A DNA stretch of 48,777 nt from an uncultured bacterium (GTDB lineage: Bacteria > Patescibacteriota > Minisyncoccia > Minisyncoccales > JAQTVQ01): positions 1-48,777 of the forward strand of contig CAIMDX010000020.1 of assembly GCA_903839905.1 (NCBI GenBank), read 5' to 3'. The notes beneath the pieces were generated by a model. It was not told where the DNA came from. It worked only from the letters and a program-made list of their open reading frames with translations, and made no database searches. Position 1 is the stretch's first letter; every line of letters begins with the position of its first letter. Positions 16,118 to 25,554 of this stretch are shown here, one piece after another. The position numbers and the translations under genes were made by a program.

Positions 16118-17650
16118 TTACTTCGCGTATTCGGTTATTCTCAACTCCCTGATCACATTTACTCTTATCTCTCCTGGATATTTTAATTCTTCCTGTATCT
16201 TTCTGGCAATATCTTTAGCTAGTTTATGAGCAGCCAGATCGTCTATCTCTTCAGGCTTTACAAATACTCTAATCTCCCTTCCCGCCTGAATGGCAAAGGC
16301 ATTTTTTATGCCGGAGAAAGAAGTGGCAATCCCTTCAAGCTCTTCCAATCTTTTCAAATAATTTTCCAAAGTGTCTTTGCGCGCGCCTGGCCTGGCTCCG
16401 GAAATCTGATCAGCTACCTGGACGATAATGGCCTCAATTGATTCGTAAGGATATTCCTCATGATGCGATTTCATCGCCGTAGCAATCTCTTTATCTATCT
16501 TAAATTTCTCAAGAATCTTAACCCCAATATCAGTATGCGACCCTTCTACTTGCCAGTCAAGGGCTTTGCCGATGTCGTGCAAGAGCCCGGCCTTCTTACA
16601 GACCGCAATATTCGCGTCCAATTCGGCGGCCAAAGCGCCTGCCAAGCGGGAAACTTCCATTGAATGCAATAATACATTTTGACCGTAGCTAGTGCGATAA
16701 TGAAGCCTGCCAAGCAGCTGGATAAGTTTTTCCGGAAGGTCCAGAACATCTGTATCATAAACCGCGGCTTCTCCGGCTTCTTTTACTTTTTTGGCAACTT
16801 CGCCCTGCGCCTTTTCTATCTCCGCTTCAATGCGGGCTGGCTGGATGCGGCCGTCTTTAATCAATCTTTCCAAGGCAACCTTGGCTATCTCGCGCCTAAC
16901 TGGATTGAAGCAAGACACAATAACTGTTTCCGGCGTTTCATCAACGATCAATTCAACGCCGGTCATTTTTTCCAAAACACGGATGTTCCTCCCCTCTTTG
17001 CCGATAATCCTTCCTTTAATTTCTTCCGACGGCAGCGAAATAGTACTGGTAGTCATCTCTTGCGATTGCGGCAAAGCAAACCCTTGAATGGCATGCGCTA
17101 AAATTTCTTTGGCGCGCTTGTCAAACTGCTCCTGTCCCCGGGCTTCAAGTTTTCTTATTCTGGCCACAACATCAACTTGATATTCTTTTTCAATTTTCTC
17201 CAAGAGTTCGTTTTTGGCTTCTTCCTGCGAAAGATTGGCAATTTGTTCCAAGCTTTTAATAGCCTCTTGCTTCAAAACTTCCACGCTTTCCTTTATTCCT
17301 CTGACTCTGTCTACTTTCTGGATCAACTCTTTTTCTTTCCTTTCAAAATCTTGGTGCTTATTCTCCAAAAGCTCTTCTCTTTTTAAAAGAATGTTTTCCG
17401 TCCTGATAATAGATTGCTGGCGGTTATCCAAGTCAGCAAGAACTTTTCTCTCTGTTTTTTCGGCTTTTTCAGAAGCCCTGGCTAAAATATCAGCAGCTTC
17501 TTTTTTGGTTTGGATAAGCTTCTCTTGAAGCTTAGCCTCTATTGAGCCTGCTCTTCTGCGAGCGATAGATTGGCGGACATAATAGCCCAGGACAGAACCT
17601 GCGGCCAATGCGCCAAAAATCCCTAAGGTTGTTAGGAATAGCGAATTCAT
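16118..17650 (-). CDS. rny: Ribonuclease Y
   Basis: 510 aa. N-terminal TM helix, long coiled coil, KH domain (GRIIGKEGRNIR) and HD domain (LLHDIGKA). Confidence 0.92.
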   Translation of the reverse strand: MNSLFLTTLGIFGALAAGSVLGYYVRQSIARRRAGSIEAKLQEKLIQTKKEAADILARASEKAEKTERKVLADLDNRQQSIIRTENILLKREELLENKHQDFERKEKELIQKVDRVRGIKESVEVLKQEAIKSLEQIANLSQEEAKNELLEKIEKEYQVDVVARIRKLEARGQEQFDKRAKEILAHAIQGFALPQSQEMTTSTISLPSEEIKGRIIGKEGRNIRVLEKMTGVELIVDETPETVIVSCFNPVRREIAKVALERLIKDGRIQPARIEAEIEKAQGEVAKKVKEAGEAAVYDTDVLDLPEKLIQLLGRLHYRTSYGQNVLLHSMEVSRLAGALAAELDANIAVCKKAGLLHDIGKALDWQVEGSHTDIGVKILEKFKIDKEIATAMKSHHEEYPYESIEAIIVQVADQISGARPGARKDTLENYLKRLEELEGIATSFSGIKNAFAIQAGREIRVFVKPEEIDDLAAHKLAKDIARKIQEELKYPGEIRVNVIRELRITEYAK

Positions 17651-17992
17651 AGTTTAAATTGAATGATTGGTATGGCATAAAATGATTTATTTACGGTTTG
17701 GACTGGAGCCTCTTTTTACCGGCGCTAGCTTCATCTGCAATTTTCTAAAGAAAAAATATTTACTGGAAATTTTCAGGCGCGAGACAAATTATTCTTGCAG
17801 TTGAAATGTAATATTTTTCCTGATAGCCAATAGCCTCCGCCAGCTGGCGAACTGCGAACGGTCAAAAAAGAAAAAAACGGCTCAAATCCTAAATACCAAA
17901 AACTCAAGGTTTGTTTTTATAAATGACTTAACAACCAAATCATAACAAAAAAACCCTGCTTGGGCAAGAATGGAACTTATATAATTTAAAAA

Positions 17993-18014
17993 CCGCGGAA
18001 TATCCGCGGCTTTT
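17993..18014 (-). terminator. Rho-independent terminator of the surface-protein operon
   Basis: The minus strand reads CCGCGGA-TAT-TCCGCGG followed by TTTTT, about 45 nt after the stop at 18057. Confidence 0.7.
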
Positions 18015-18056
18015 ATTTTTATTTCCTATAAGGAGTAATACAAGCTACAAGCTCGT

Positions 18057-21000
18057 TTAAAAAGGCGAGGTCTCCTTCCATCTCGGGATAGGCTGGACAA
18101 CATCAATAGAGCCATAGCCGCCGCAGCAGGATCCTGTAACATTAAGTTTTACTGTCTTGCTCTTTCCTGTAGTCTTGAATTTGACCAAAGGATTAGGAGA
18201 AATAGCCGAAGTGCTGCTTTGGAATTCATAATTTTCCGGCGCAATTCCTGGGAAATACCATGAATATTGAGTCCCTGAAACATTTTGGCAAGCTTGTTTC
18301 TGATTGGAGGAATTATAGCAAACACTGCACTTCCAATACCCTGCCGAATCGCCGACTTCCGGAGTGGAACCTTCTGGCCCTGTCCAACAGGTTGAATAGC
18401 AAGGATCCTCTTCGTTATTTATATCGGCTGTAGTGCAAAACATCACAGTGTTGCCGGAAGTTAAAACTTTTTTATTCCAAGCTATGTTAACAATCGGATA
18501 ATGCTTTACGGGAGTGGAAAGCGACGATAAAGCTTTGGTCCATCCGCTGCAAGCCGCATTATCTTCATTGCAAACTTTAACCCACCAATTATAGGTTTGG
18601 CTGTAAGCCAATTCATTTACTCCGGGGTTAATTTTAACTGGAATCTGCTGGGTGATCTCCGAACCGGAATTCTCTGTTCTGTTTGTCCAGCTTTGATCAA
18701 CCGCCGGGTTTGGAGCATCAACATTGCTAGAAGTTGAAATTCTCATATAATAAGTTTCTAAATGCTTCCCTACCGGACTGGTTGGATCGGTATATGTCCA
18801 TTTAAAAGGAACAGCTCCATTATTTCCCGTTTCTAAGCTGTTGCCATTGGATGCATTAAGCCAATAGCTGCAATAGTTGGAAGAGTCTTCTTCAGGCGCA
18901 ATCAAACCAGTGGCAGACGGACCGCTGGTAATTCCGCAAACGCTGCTGCCGCAAGAACCGCTATAACATTCTTCCGCATTAGAACAAGAGCAGCCGTTCG
19001 CTTTTTTAATAGTGAATTTTTGAGGTTCTATTTTAGTGGAAAAGTTCCAGGCAACCTCCACATCTTCCGGCTGGGCCGCACCTTTCAAAACCTGGACAGG
19101 GGAAAGGTAAATACTATTAGGGGCTCCTTTCCCGAGCTGGCCGTCGCCATTACTTCCCCAACACCAAACTGTTCCGTCGGATTTGACGGCGCAAGAATGA
19201 GTGTACCCTGCCACCACCTGTTCCACCCCGGTCAAAAAGCCGGAGCCGCCTACTCCCTTGACTTGAACCGGGATATAAGAAGTGGTGGTGGAATTATTGC
19301 CAAGCTCCCCGAGTTCATTATATCCCCAACAATAAACCGTACCATCTGACTTGACAGCGCAAGAATGGAGGCTGTCTCCCGCAGATTGTATCACTCCTGT
19401 CAGATATCCCAAGCCGCCAACCCCTACGACTTGGACGGGAACTTTGGAATCGGCATTAGAATTATTCCCAAGATTACCGTAATAATTATATCCCCAGCAC
19501 CAAATTGTACCGTCAGTTTTTACAGCGCAAGAATGGCTTCCCTGTCCCGATATTTGAGCTACATCTGTCAGGTAACCGGCCCCGCTCGCACCTTTGACTT
19601 GGACCGGGACATAAGAAGTGGTAGTGGAGTTGTTGCCGAGTTCTCCGTAATAATTCCGGCCCCAACAATAGACCGTGCCGTCTGATTTAACGGCACAGTT
19701 ATGTGCGATTCCCGCTGTTACCTGTTCAACCCCAGCCAAAAAACCGGAACCGCCAACACCCTTAACTTGGACGGGAGTGTAAGAATTAGTGGTAGTATTA
19801 TTCCCAAGCTGGCCGTAAACAGCATTAGATCCCCAGCACCAAACCGTGCCGTCGGATTTTAACGAACAGGCATGAGAATCCCCTAGAAAAACATGCTCCA
19901 CTCCTGTCAGATATCCCGAACCGCCAACGCCAAGGACTTGGACAGGAACCTTGGAATCGGTTGTAGTCCCATTCCCAAGAGTGCCGGACCCGTTGTATCC
20001 CCAGCAATAGACTGTGCCGTCGGATTTAACGGCACAAGCGTTGGACACCCCGCCATCGGCCTGGATCATATCCGTCAAATAGCCTAATCCACCTAAGCCA
20101 AAAACTTGGACAGGAACCCAAGAGTCGGTAGTTGTATTATTGCCAAGCTCTCCGTAATAATTCCGGCCCCAGCAATAAACGCTTCCCGATCCAGAAACGG
20201 AGCAAGAGTCTCTATTGGATCCTGCTGCGATATCAATAATGTTCGCCAAATTAAGTCCCGATCCCCCGGACCATCCCGACCAATCATAACCGTCAAAAAC
20301 CCTGGCTCTCCAATAATACTTATTGCCATAAGGAAGATTGTTAGCCGAGTAACTAATATTTGAACCGCTGGGCCAAGAGCCGGCGTAATTACTCTCGTTA
20401 ATCACAGTTGAAGTGAAAGCGCTTGATGTGCTGACTTGCAAGTCAAACTTAGTGCACAAATCGGCATCAGGGTCGCTGTAGCTAAATTCAATATTCAAAC
20501 TAGAGTCAGCTTCTTCCATCCCGCTCTCTGGCGCAACCAACAAAGGAGTTGTTGGAATTTGATTAGGAGTTACAAAATTCCATGAACCATCGGACCATAA
20601 AGACCAATCGGTCCCGTCAAAAATCCTGGCTCTCCAGTAGTAATCAGTATGAGCCGCTAAATCAGACGCTAAAGCATAAGGAATTGTTGCGCCGCTGGCC
20701 CATGATCCCGCATAATTTTGAATGTCAATTAATGGCGAATCAAAAAATGGCTGGTCATTAATTTGCAGATCAAATCTTGTGCAGCTGTCGCCATTGGGAT
20801 CAGAGCAGGAAAATTGCAAGGCTGGCTTTAAACTGTCTACTGTAACGCCATTAGACGGAACAACTAAAGTCGGGGTATTTGGCGCAAGATTAAGCGTTGT
20901 GAAATTCCACGAACCGTCGGACCAAGATGAATAACTGGTACCGTCAAAAACCCTGGCTTTCCAATAATATTTTGTATTGTAAGACAAAAGGGTTGAAGCA

Positions 21001-21956
21001 TTATAACTAATAGTTGAACTGCTTGGCCAGGACCCGGTAGATCCGGATACATTTATTTCCGGCGAAGAAAAATTGGAATTATTATCAACCATCAAATCAA
21101 ACTTCGTGCCATTATCACCGTTAGGGTCAGAATATCCAAATTGAAAAGTAGGGAGCAACGGCACCCCAACAGTACCGTTAGAAGGAGCAACTAATGCAGG
21201 AATATTGGGAGAAGGATTGGCAGACTCATAAGTAAGTTTCAAGCTCATCACTTGAGCAAAAGCGCTTTTCGTGGTGGGAGCATAGCAATCCTGGCCAACG
21301 CCGCAACCGGTACAGCTATCGCAATAGCCGGCATAAGTTCGCGCTACACCAGTGCTGCGGACATAGTTGCCTCCTGCGCCCGCCCAAACGCTATCATTTC
21401 TATAAGCTTCTATTAATAAATTGCTGGTACCGTCCCAAGTAAAAGGCGTGGTCAAGGTATGGCATTTCCAAGCCCCGGCAGCCGGCCTCGCGTAAGTTGT
21501 CGGCCCGTAGACAGTGGTCAAGCCGGTAGTTGTAAAATTTGCAAGAGAAGTTGAGGTCGTATTTTTCATTTTTATCCTCATATTGACGATATTGGTCGTA
21601 CCGGGAAGAGCGGAACATTGAAAACAAACTTCGGAGATAGTAGACGATCCTCCAAGACCGGCTGCTTCCAAATCTGATTTGAGATAAATGGATTGGGCGA
21701 TAGAATCATGATAATAAGTGTTGAAAGGAGCATAGCTAGTTGCCCAAGAGCTTGAAGCGGAACCGGTTAAAAGCTCAACGGTGGTGGTAGACGCCGCTTT
21801 TGCAATCGGAACTTCTAATTTTTTAGATCCAAAAATAAATAGAACAGATACGGCTATTAAAACAGTTAAAATAGAAAGAATAGAAATTTTAACCAACCCT
21901 GACATATTCGTTTGATTTTTAAATAAAGTGTTTTTCATTTTTATTCTATTTGCCAA
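18057..21956 (-). CDS. Giant modular secreted protein: 3 FN3-like modules, 7-blade RCC1-like propeller and a shared C-terminal module
   Basis: 1299 aa with an N-terminal signal anchor. Three copies of a ~95-aa module (PxFxFxYSDP[DN]GD..KFDL...YYW[KR]ARVFDG..WS.WS.GSWNFTT). Seven C[AS]VKSDGTVYCWG.N..G.LGN blades (about 19070-20260). A Cys-rich linker, then a FN3-like/PKD-like module ending in PIPRWKETSPF. An 11-nt overlap with the upstream gene disappears if the start is MKNT (21938). Confidence 0.85.
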   Translation of the reverse strand: MANRIKMKNTLFKNQTNMSGLVKISILSILTVLIAVSVLFIFGSKKLEVPIAKAASTTTVELLTGSASSSWATSYAPFNTYYHDSIAQSIYLKSDLEAAGLGGSSTISEVCFQCSALPGTTNIVNMRIKMKNTTSTSLANFTTTGLTTVYGPTTYARPAAGAWKCHTLTTPFTWDGTSNLLIEAYRNDSVWAGAGGNYVRSTGVARTYAGYCDSCTGCGVGQDCYAPTTKSAFAQVMSLKLTYESANPSPNIPALVAPSNGTVGVPLLPTFQFGYSDPNGDNGTKFDLMVDNNSNFSSPEINVSGSTGSWPSSSTISYNASTLLSYNTKYYWKARVFDGTSYSSWSDGSWNFTTLNLAPNTPTLVVPSNGVTVDSLKPALQFSCSDPNGDSCTRFDLQINDQPFFDSPLIDIQNYAGSWASGATIPYALASDLAAHTDYYWRARIFDGTDWSLWSDGSWNFVTPNQIPTTPLLVAPESGMEEADSSLNIEFSYSDPDADLCTKFDLQVSTSSAFTSTVINESNYAGSWPSGSNISYSANNLPYGNKYYWRARVFDGYDWSGWSGGSGLNLANIIDIAAGSNRDSCSVSGSGSVYCWGRNYYGELGNNTTTDSWVPVQVFGLGGLGYLTDMIQADGGVSNACAVKSDGTVYCWGYNGSGTLGNGTTTDSKVPVQVLGVGGSGYLTGVEHVFLGDSHACSLKSDGTVWCWGSNAVYGQLGNNTTTNSYTPVQVKGVGGSGFLAGVEQVTAGIAHNCAVKSDGTVYCWGRNYYGELGNNSTTTSYVPVQVKGASGAGYLTDVAQISGQGSHSCAVKTDGTIWCWGYNYYGNLGNNSNADSKVPVQVVGVGGLGYLTGVIQSAGDSLHSCAVKSDGTVYCWGYNELGELGNNSTTTSYIPVQVKGVGGSGFLTGVEQVVAGYTHSCAVKSDGTVWCWGSNGDGQLGKGAPNSIYLSPVQVLKGAAQPEDVEVAWNFSTKIEPQKFTIKKANGCSCSNAEECYSGSCGSSVCGITSGPSATGLIAPEEDSSNYCSYWLNASNGNSLETGNNGAVPFKWTYTDPTSPVGKHLETYYMRISTSSNVDAPNPAVDQSWTNRTENSGSEITQQIPVKINPGVNELAYSQTYNWWVKVCNEDNAACSGWTKALSSLSTPVKHYPIVNIAWNKKVLTSGNTVMFCTTADINNEEDPCYSTCWTGPEGSTPEVGDSAGYWKCSVCYNSSNQKQACQNVSGTQYSWYFPGIAPENYEFQSSTSAISPNPLVKFKTTGKSKTVKLNVTGSCCGGYGSIDVVQPIPRWKETSPF

Positions 21957-24900
21957 TTACATTAGAACAAGCGTTATCATTGCAAGCTTTTGCCCAATAT
22001 TCGCTGTTGGCGCAATAACGGCAATTTGTTTCGCCGCTGCCACAGGCAGGAGTTGAAGCAGAATCATAAATTGCCGAAGGATTGCCTACTACACCGATAG
22101 TTGAATAAGCCCAACAACTGGAAGTGGAATTAAGGCCGCAGTTACTGCAAGCGGAATTTTTGCAAACGAAAAGTTTTATAAAGTCGCCGTTAGGATCTGA
22201 AGCCGTGGAATTGAAAGTTATATTTTGTCCGCTTTTGCAAACAGTCGTACTGCCTTCTGTTTTGCAAATATTCGGGTTGCTGGTGTTAATAAAAATTGAA
22301 GTAATGGACGGCGGCTGGGTGGTTGTAAAATGCCAAGATCCGCTTGACCACGGCGACCAGGCGGCGCCATCAAAAATCCTGGCCTTCCAATAATAAATTT
22401 TATTGGTGTCTAAAAGGCCAGAAGAAACCTGATAAGAAATGGCCGAACTAGTCGCCCAAGGGCCTCCGTTAGAATAATCCGTCTCGCTTATTATAACGGA
22501 AGAAAAATCGGAGTTGTCGTCAACTTTAAGATCAAACTTAGTACAAGGATCATCGTCCGGATCGCTGTATGAAAATCTCAAAATAGGAGAGAGAGCAACT
22601 CCCGTAGCGCCATCAGTCGGCTCAACAAGGGTCGGAGTGTTCGGAGAATGGTTGATTCCGGTTGTAAACAAATTCGGTTCGGACCAATACGACCACCCGT
22701 TGGCGTTGGCAACCCTCGCTCTCCAATAATATGTAGTATTTCCCGACAGATATGAAGAAGAATCGTAGATAATCGTTGAACCATTAGTCCAAAGGCCGCC
22801 GTGGTCAATTTCATTTATAGCCAACGAAGAAAAATCAGTTGAAGTACTTACCTGCAAATCAAATTTAACTCCATCCGCCGCGTTGGGATCGCTGTAGCCA
22901 AATTGAAAAGTGGGCAACAAAGCGACACTGGTAGACCCGTTCGGAGGAGAAATAAAAGTCGGCATGTTCGGCGCGTCGCCCAAATAAGCGACAATGCCTT
23001 TCCCGCCGTTGCCATAGCCTCCATAAGTGTAACCTATAAAAGCATGTTTTGAACTTAAGACCGTGGGCGAATACCACTCATTATAGAGCGAAGAAAAAGT
23101 ATATTTTGCGCCAAAGTATATCTTGTTACTGGATACTGCGGCTACAATAGCAACGCCCGAATGTATGGAATTTTCATAATTGCTGTAAGCGATCAGAACA
23201 TGGTCTGGATCAAGGGCAACGGCCGAAGGACTTACTTCCTGATTGGGAGCGAATATCTGATCGGGGCTAAAATTAATCTCGGTACCGGAAATATTGGCGA
23301 TACGGGCAACGCCGTTAGCCGGTTCAGATGATCTCTGATAAACGACCATTGCGCGGGTAGCGCTCAACGATGTTATGGAGACATTAAATATCTGATAGTC
23401 CCATATCTTGTATTTCGGACCGTAACTTATAGTGCTGGTGCCTGTTATCTCAAGCGTTCTGCCGTAACTGCCTCCTTCATCAAAGCCCTGATAAACGACT
23501 ATACCATGGGTGGAGTCAAGAACAGCCGAACCAAGACCCGAGTTGGTATGTCCCGCAAACGGATAAAAATCCCCATAAGAAATCACATTGCCCAATACAT
23601 TGGCGACCATGCAAGAGGAACTTGCACTGTCAAATGATATCAAAACGCTGCTCGATGAAATCTTAGAAGCATGAATGTCGGGAACTGAAGAAGATGAGAA
23701 AACGTATTCTGGGCCGTAGGTTATGGTTGTTCCGGTGATAGTGGCTATGCGGCCGCCGGCCAATCCGTCCCTCATGTAAGCAACGAAAACATGGGTTGAA
23801 TCAAGAGCAGTCGCTGATATATAGGCAGTGCCGTTCGTCCCTGTCCCGGAAAAACTGACTGCCGTTCCATAAACAGGAGCGGTACTTGTGGAAACAGTAG
23901 CGACAACTCCCATCCCCGGCCCCGGATTATTATTGGCGGCATAGGCAATAAAAACTTTCGTTGAACTGAGAGGCGTCGCGGAATTATACATAGCATAGCT
24001 GCTTATTGTAGACGACGCTGTATATTTCAAATAATAAGCCCCCGGAATCACCGCCGGAGTCCCTCCCGAATAAGTGGCGTACGAAGAATACCTGACGGTA
24101 GAGACTACGGCACCATCTGTCGGGTCAACAGGAGAAGAATAACTGTTGGTCGCGCTTAAATAAGCAGCGTCGGAGATACCGTTATCACAGGCTACCGCCA
24201 AATTTAATGATCCAACATCTGCGATTACTCCCAAAAAATAGGTAGAGTTATCTGCAATAGACGGAGGAGTGCCAAAAACGCTGTCTATCCAGGAATAAGA
24301 CGATCCAACCACAGCGCCCGTGCCTATGCCATTAGATATAAGCTTCTTGTTACTATTGGCAATGGCCGCCTTATAATTCAGAGTCCCGGAATAATCTTCT
24401 TTTGCATATAAACTTATTTTACTGATAGTCGCGCCATTTGAATCTGTCGGAGTCACCACCCTAGATCCGCGATAATTATTGCCTGACAGCCAGCAACTAC
24501 TCGCGCCTATTCCGCTATAGCCGAAGATTGGGTCAATGTTGATCGGGTAAACGGCCGCTTCTAAAAAGTCTTGCGGAACGGTTATGGAAAACTGGTTCTC
24601 TTTTTCATTGATGCTCAAAGTTCCCCAAACCTTTTTCCCATTAGCATCGGAAATGCTCGGCCTGTAAATATGAAAGACTTTTCCGGCTTTGTAATCTTTG
24701 CCTCCCGACTCGGTGTAGTCTCCCGACTTGCTCCCTTCATAATAGACAGCGTAAGAACCGATGACATTTTCCGGCCTGTAATTCACAACCTTGCCATCGC
24801 TATTCTGGCAAGTTGTTTCAGTGCACTCTGTACCATCGGACTGTTCTCCTTGATTTAATGGAGGCTGGTAATAAAACTCCAAGCCTTTGGATTGCATCGG

Positions 24901-25488
24901 ATAGAATATCTCGTTGCTTTCCGGTCTTTCGTAAAGAATAGTATCAAACTCTACTCCTCCCTCTTCGTTTATCGTATAAACGCTTTCTTTTCCGCTGGCG
25001 TCTTTTTCGGATATCTGCTCCGGCTGGCGCGGATAAAAAGCGACTTCCATCTTGGATGCGGCATCAACTAGGCCGATAGAGGCGAAAAGCGGTTTCAATG
25101 TATCCGCAGTCTTATTAGAAAAAGTGAGTTTCTCTCCGTCAAAGTTCGGCTTTGATCCGGAGATGTTCGGGAAACTAATATTCAAAAAAACCTCTCCGTC
25201 CCATTTGTTAAGTTTCAAATAAGGCTGGCTGTTCTGATCACTATTACCTATTTCTATAAGATCATTGTTTAAAGTTTTAAAAGAATATTTATTTAATGCT
25301 GTTTTCGCTATTTTCAATTGCTCTACCTCGGAAAAATTCTCTTTTATCCGTCCCCCGTTCTGAACCAAATAAAAACCTGCGACGAAAACTGCCAGCGAAA
25401 CAAAAAACAAACCAATCTTGGCTTTGCGAGGCAATCTTTTGATTTTTTCTTTAAGGCCGACTTTTATTTTCATTTCTGATAACGACAA
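21946..25488 (-). CDS. Giant signal-anchored protein with a 7-repeat region and 2 FN3-like modules
   Basis: 1180 aa with a TM anchor near residue 30. Seven ~50-aa repeats with the pattern I.YG..Y.F......s..aLds.h.lvaY.......G...a. Two copies of the module found in the 1299-aa protein. Cys-rich C-terminus. Confidence 0.85.
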   Translation of the reverse strand: MSLSEMKIKVGLKEKIKRLPRKAKIGLFFVSLAVFVAGFYLVQNGGRIKENFSEVEQLKIAKTALNKYSFKTLNNDLIEIGNSDQNSQPYLKLNKWDGEVFLNISFPNISGSKPNFDGEKLTFSNKTADTLKPLFASIGLVDAASKMEVAFYPRQPEQISEKDASGKESVYTINEEGGVEFDTILYERPESNEIFYPMQSKGLEFYYQPPLNQGEQSDGTECTETTCQNSDGKVVNYRPENVIGSYAVYYEGSKSGDYTESGGKDYKAGKVFHIYRPSISDANGKKVWGTLSINEKENQFSITVPQDFLEAAVYPINIDPIFGYSGIGASSCWLSGNNYRGSRVVTPTDSNGATISKISLYAKEDYSGTLNYKAAIANSNKKLISNGIGTGAVVGSSYSWIDSVFGTPPSIADNSTYFLGVIADVGSLNLAVACDNGISDAAYLSATNSYSSPVDPTDGAVVSTVRYSSYATYSGGTPAVIPGAYYLKYTASSTISSYAMYNSATPLSSTKVFIAYAANNNPGPGMGVVATVSTSTAPVYGTAVSFSGTGTNGTAYISATALDSTHVFVAYMRDGLAGGRIATITGTTITYGPEYVFSSSSVPDIHASKISSSSVLISFDSASSSCMVANVLGNVISYGDFYPFAGHTNSGLGSAVLDSTHGIVVYQGFDEGGSYGRTLEITGTSTISYGPKYKIWDYQIFNVSITSLSATRAMVVYQRSSEPANGVARIANISGTEINFSPDQIFAPNQEVSPSAVALDPDHVLIAYSNYENSIHSGVAIVAAVSSNKIYFGAKYTFSSLYNEWYSPTVLSSKHAFIGYTYGGYGNGGKGIVAYLGDAPNMPTFISPPNGSTSVALLPTFQFGYSDPNAADGVKFDLQVSTSTDFSSLAINEIDHGGLWTNGSTIIYDSSSYLSGNTTYYWRARVANANGWSYWSEPNLFTTGINHSPNTPTLVEPTDGATGVALSPILRFSYSDPDDDPCTKFDLKVDDNSDFSSVIISETDYSNGGPWATSSAISYQVSSGLLDTNKIYYWKARIFDGAAWSPWSSGSWHFTTTQPPSITSIFINTSNPNICKTEGSTTVCKSGQNITFNSTASDPNGDFIKLFVCKNSACSNCGLNSTSSCWAYSTIGVVGNPSAIYDSASTPACGSGETNCRYCANSEYWAKACNDNACSNVIGK

Positions 25489-25554
25489 TTCTTCTATTTT
25501 ATTTTAGCAAACAATAAGCGGATAGCAAATATAAAACTGTGGAAAACTATAACT

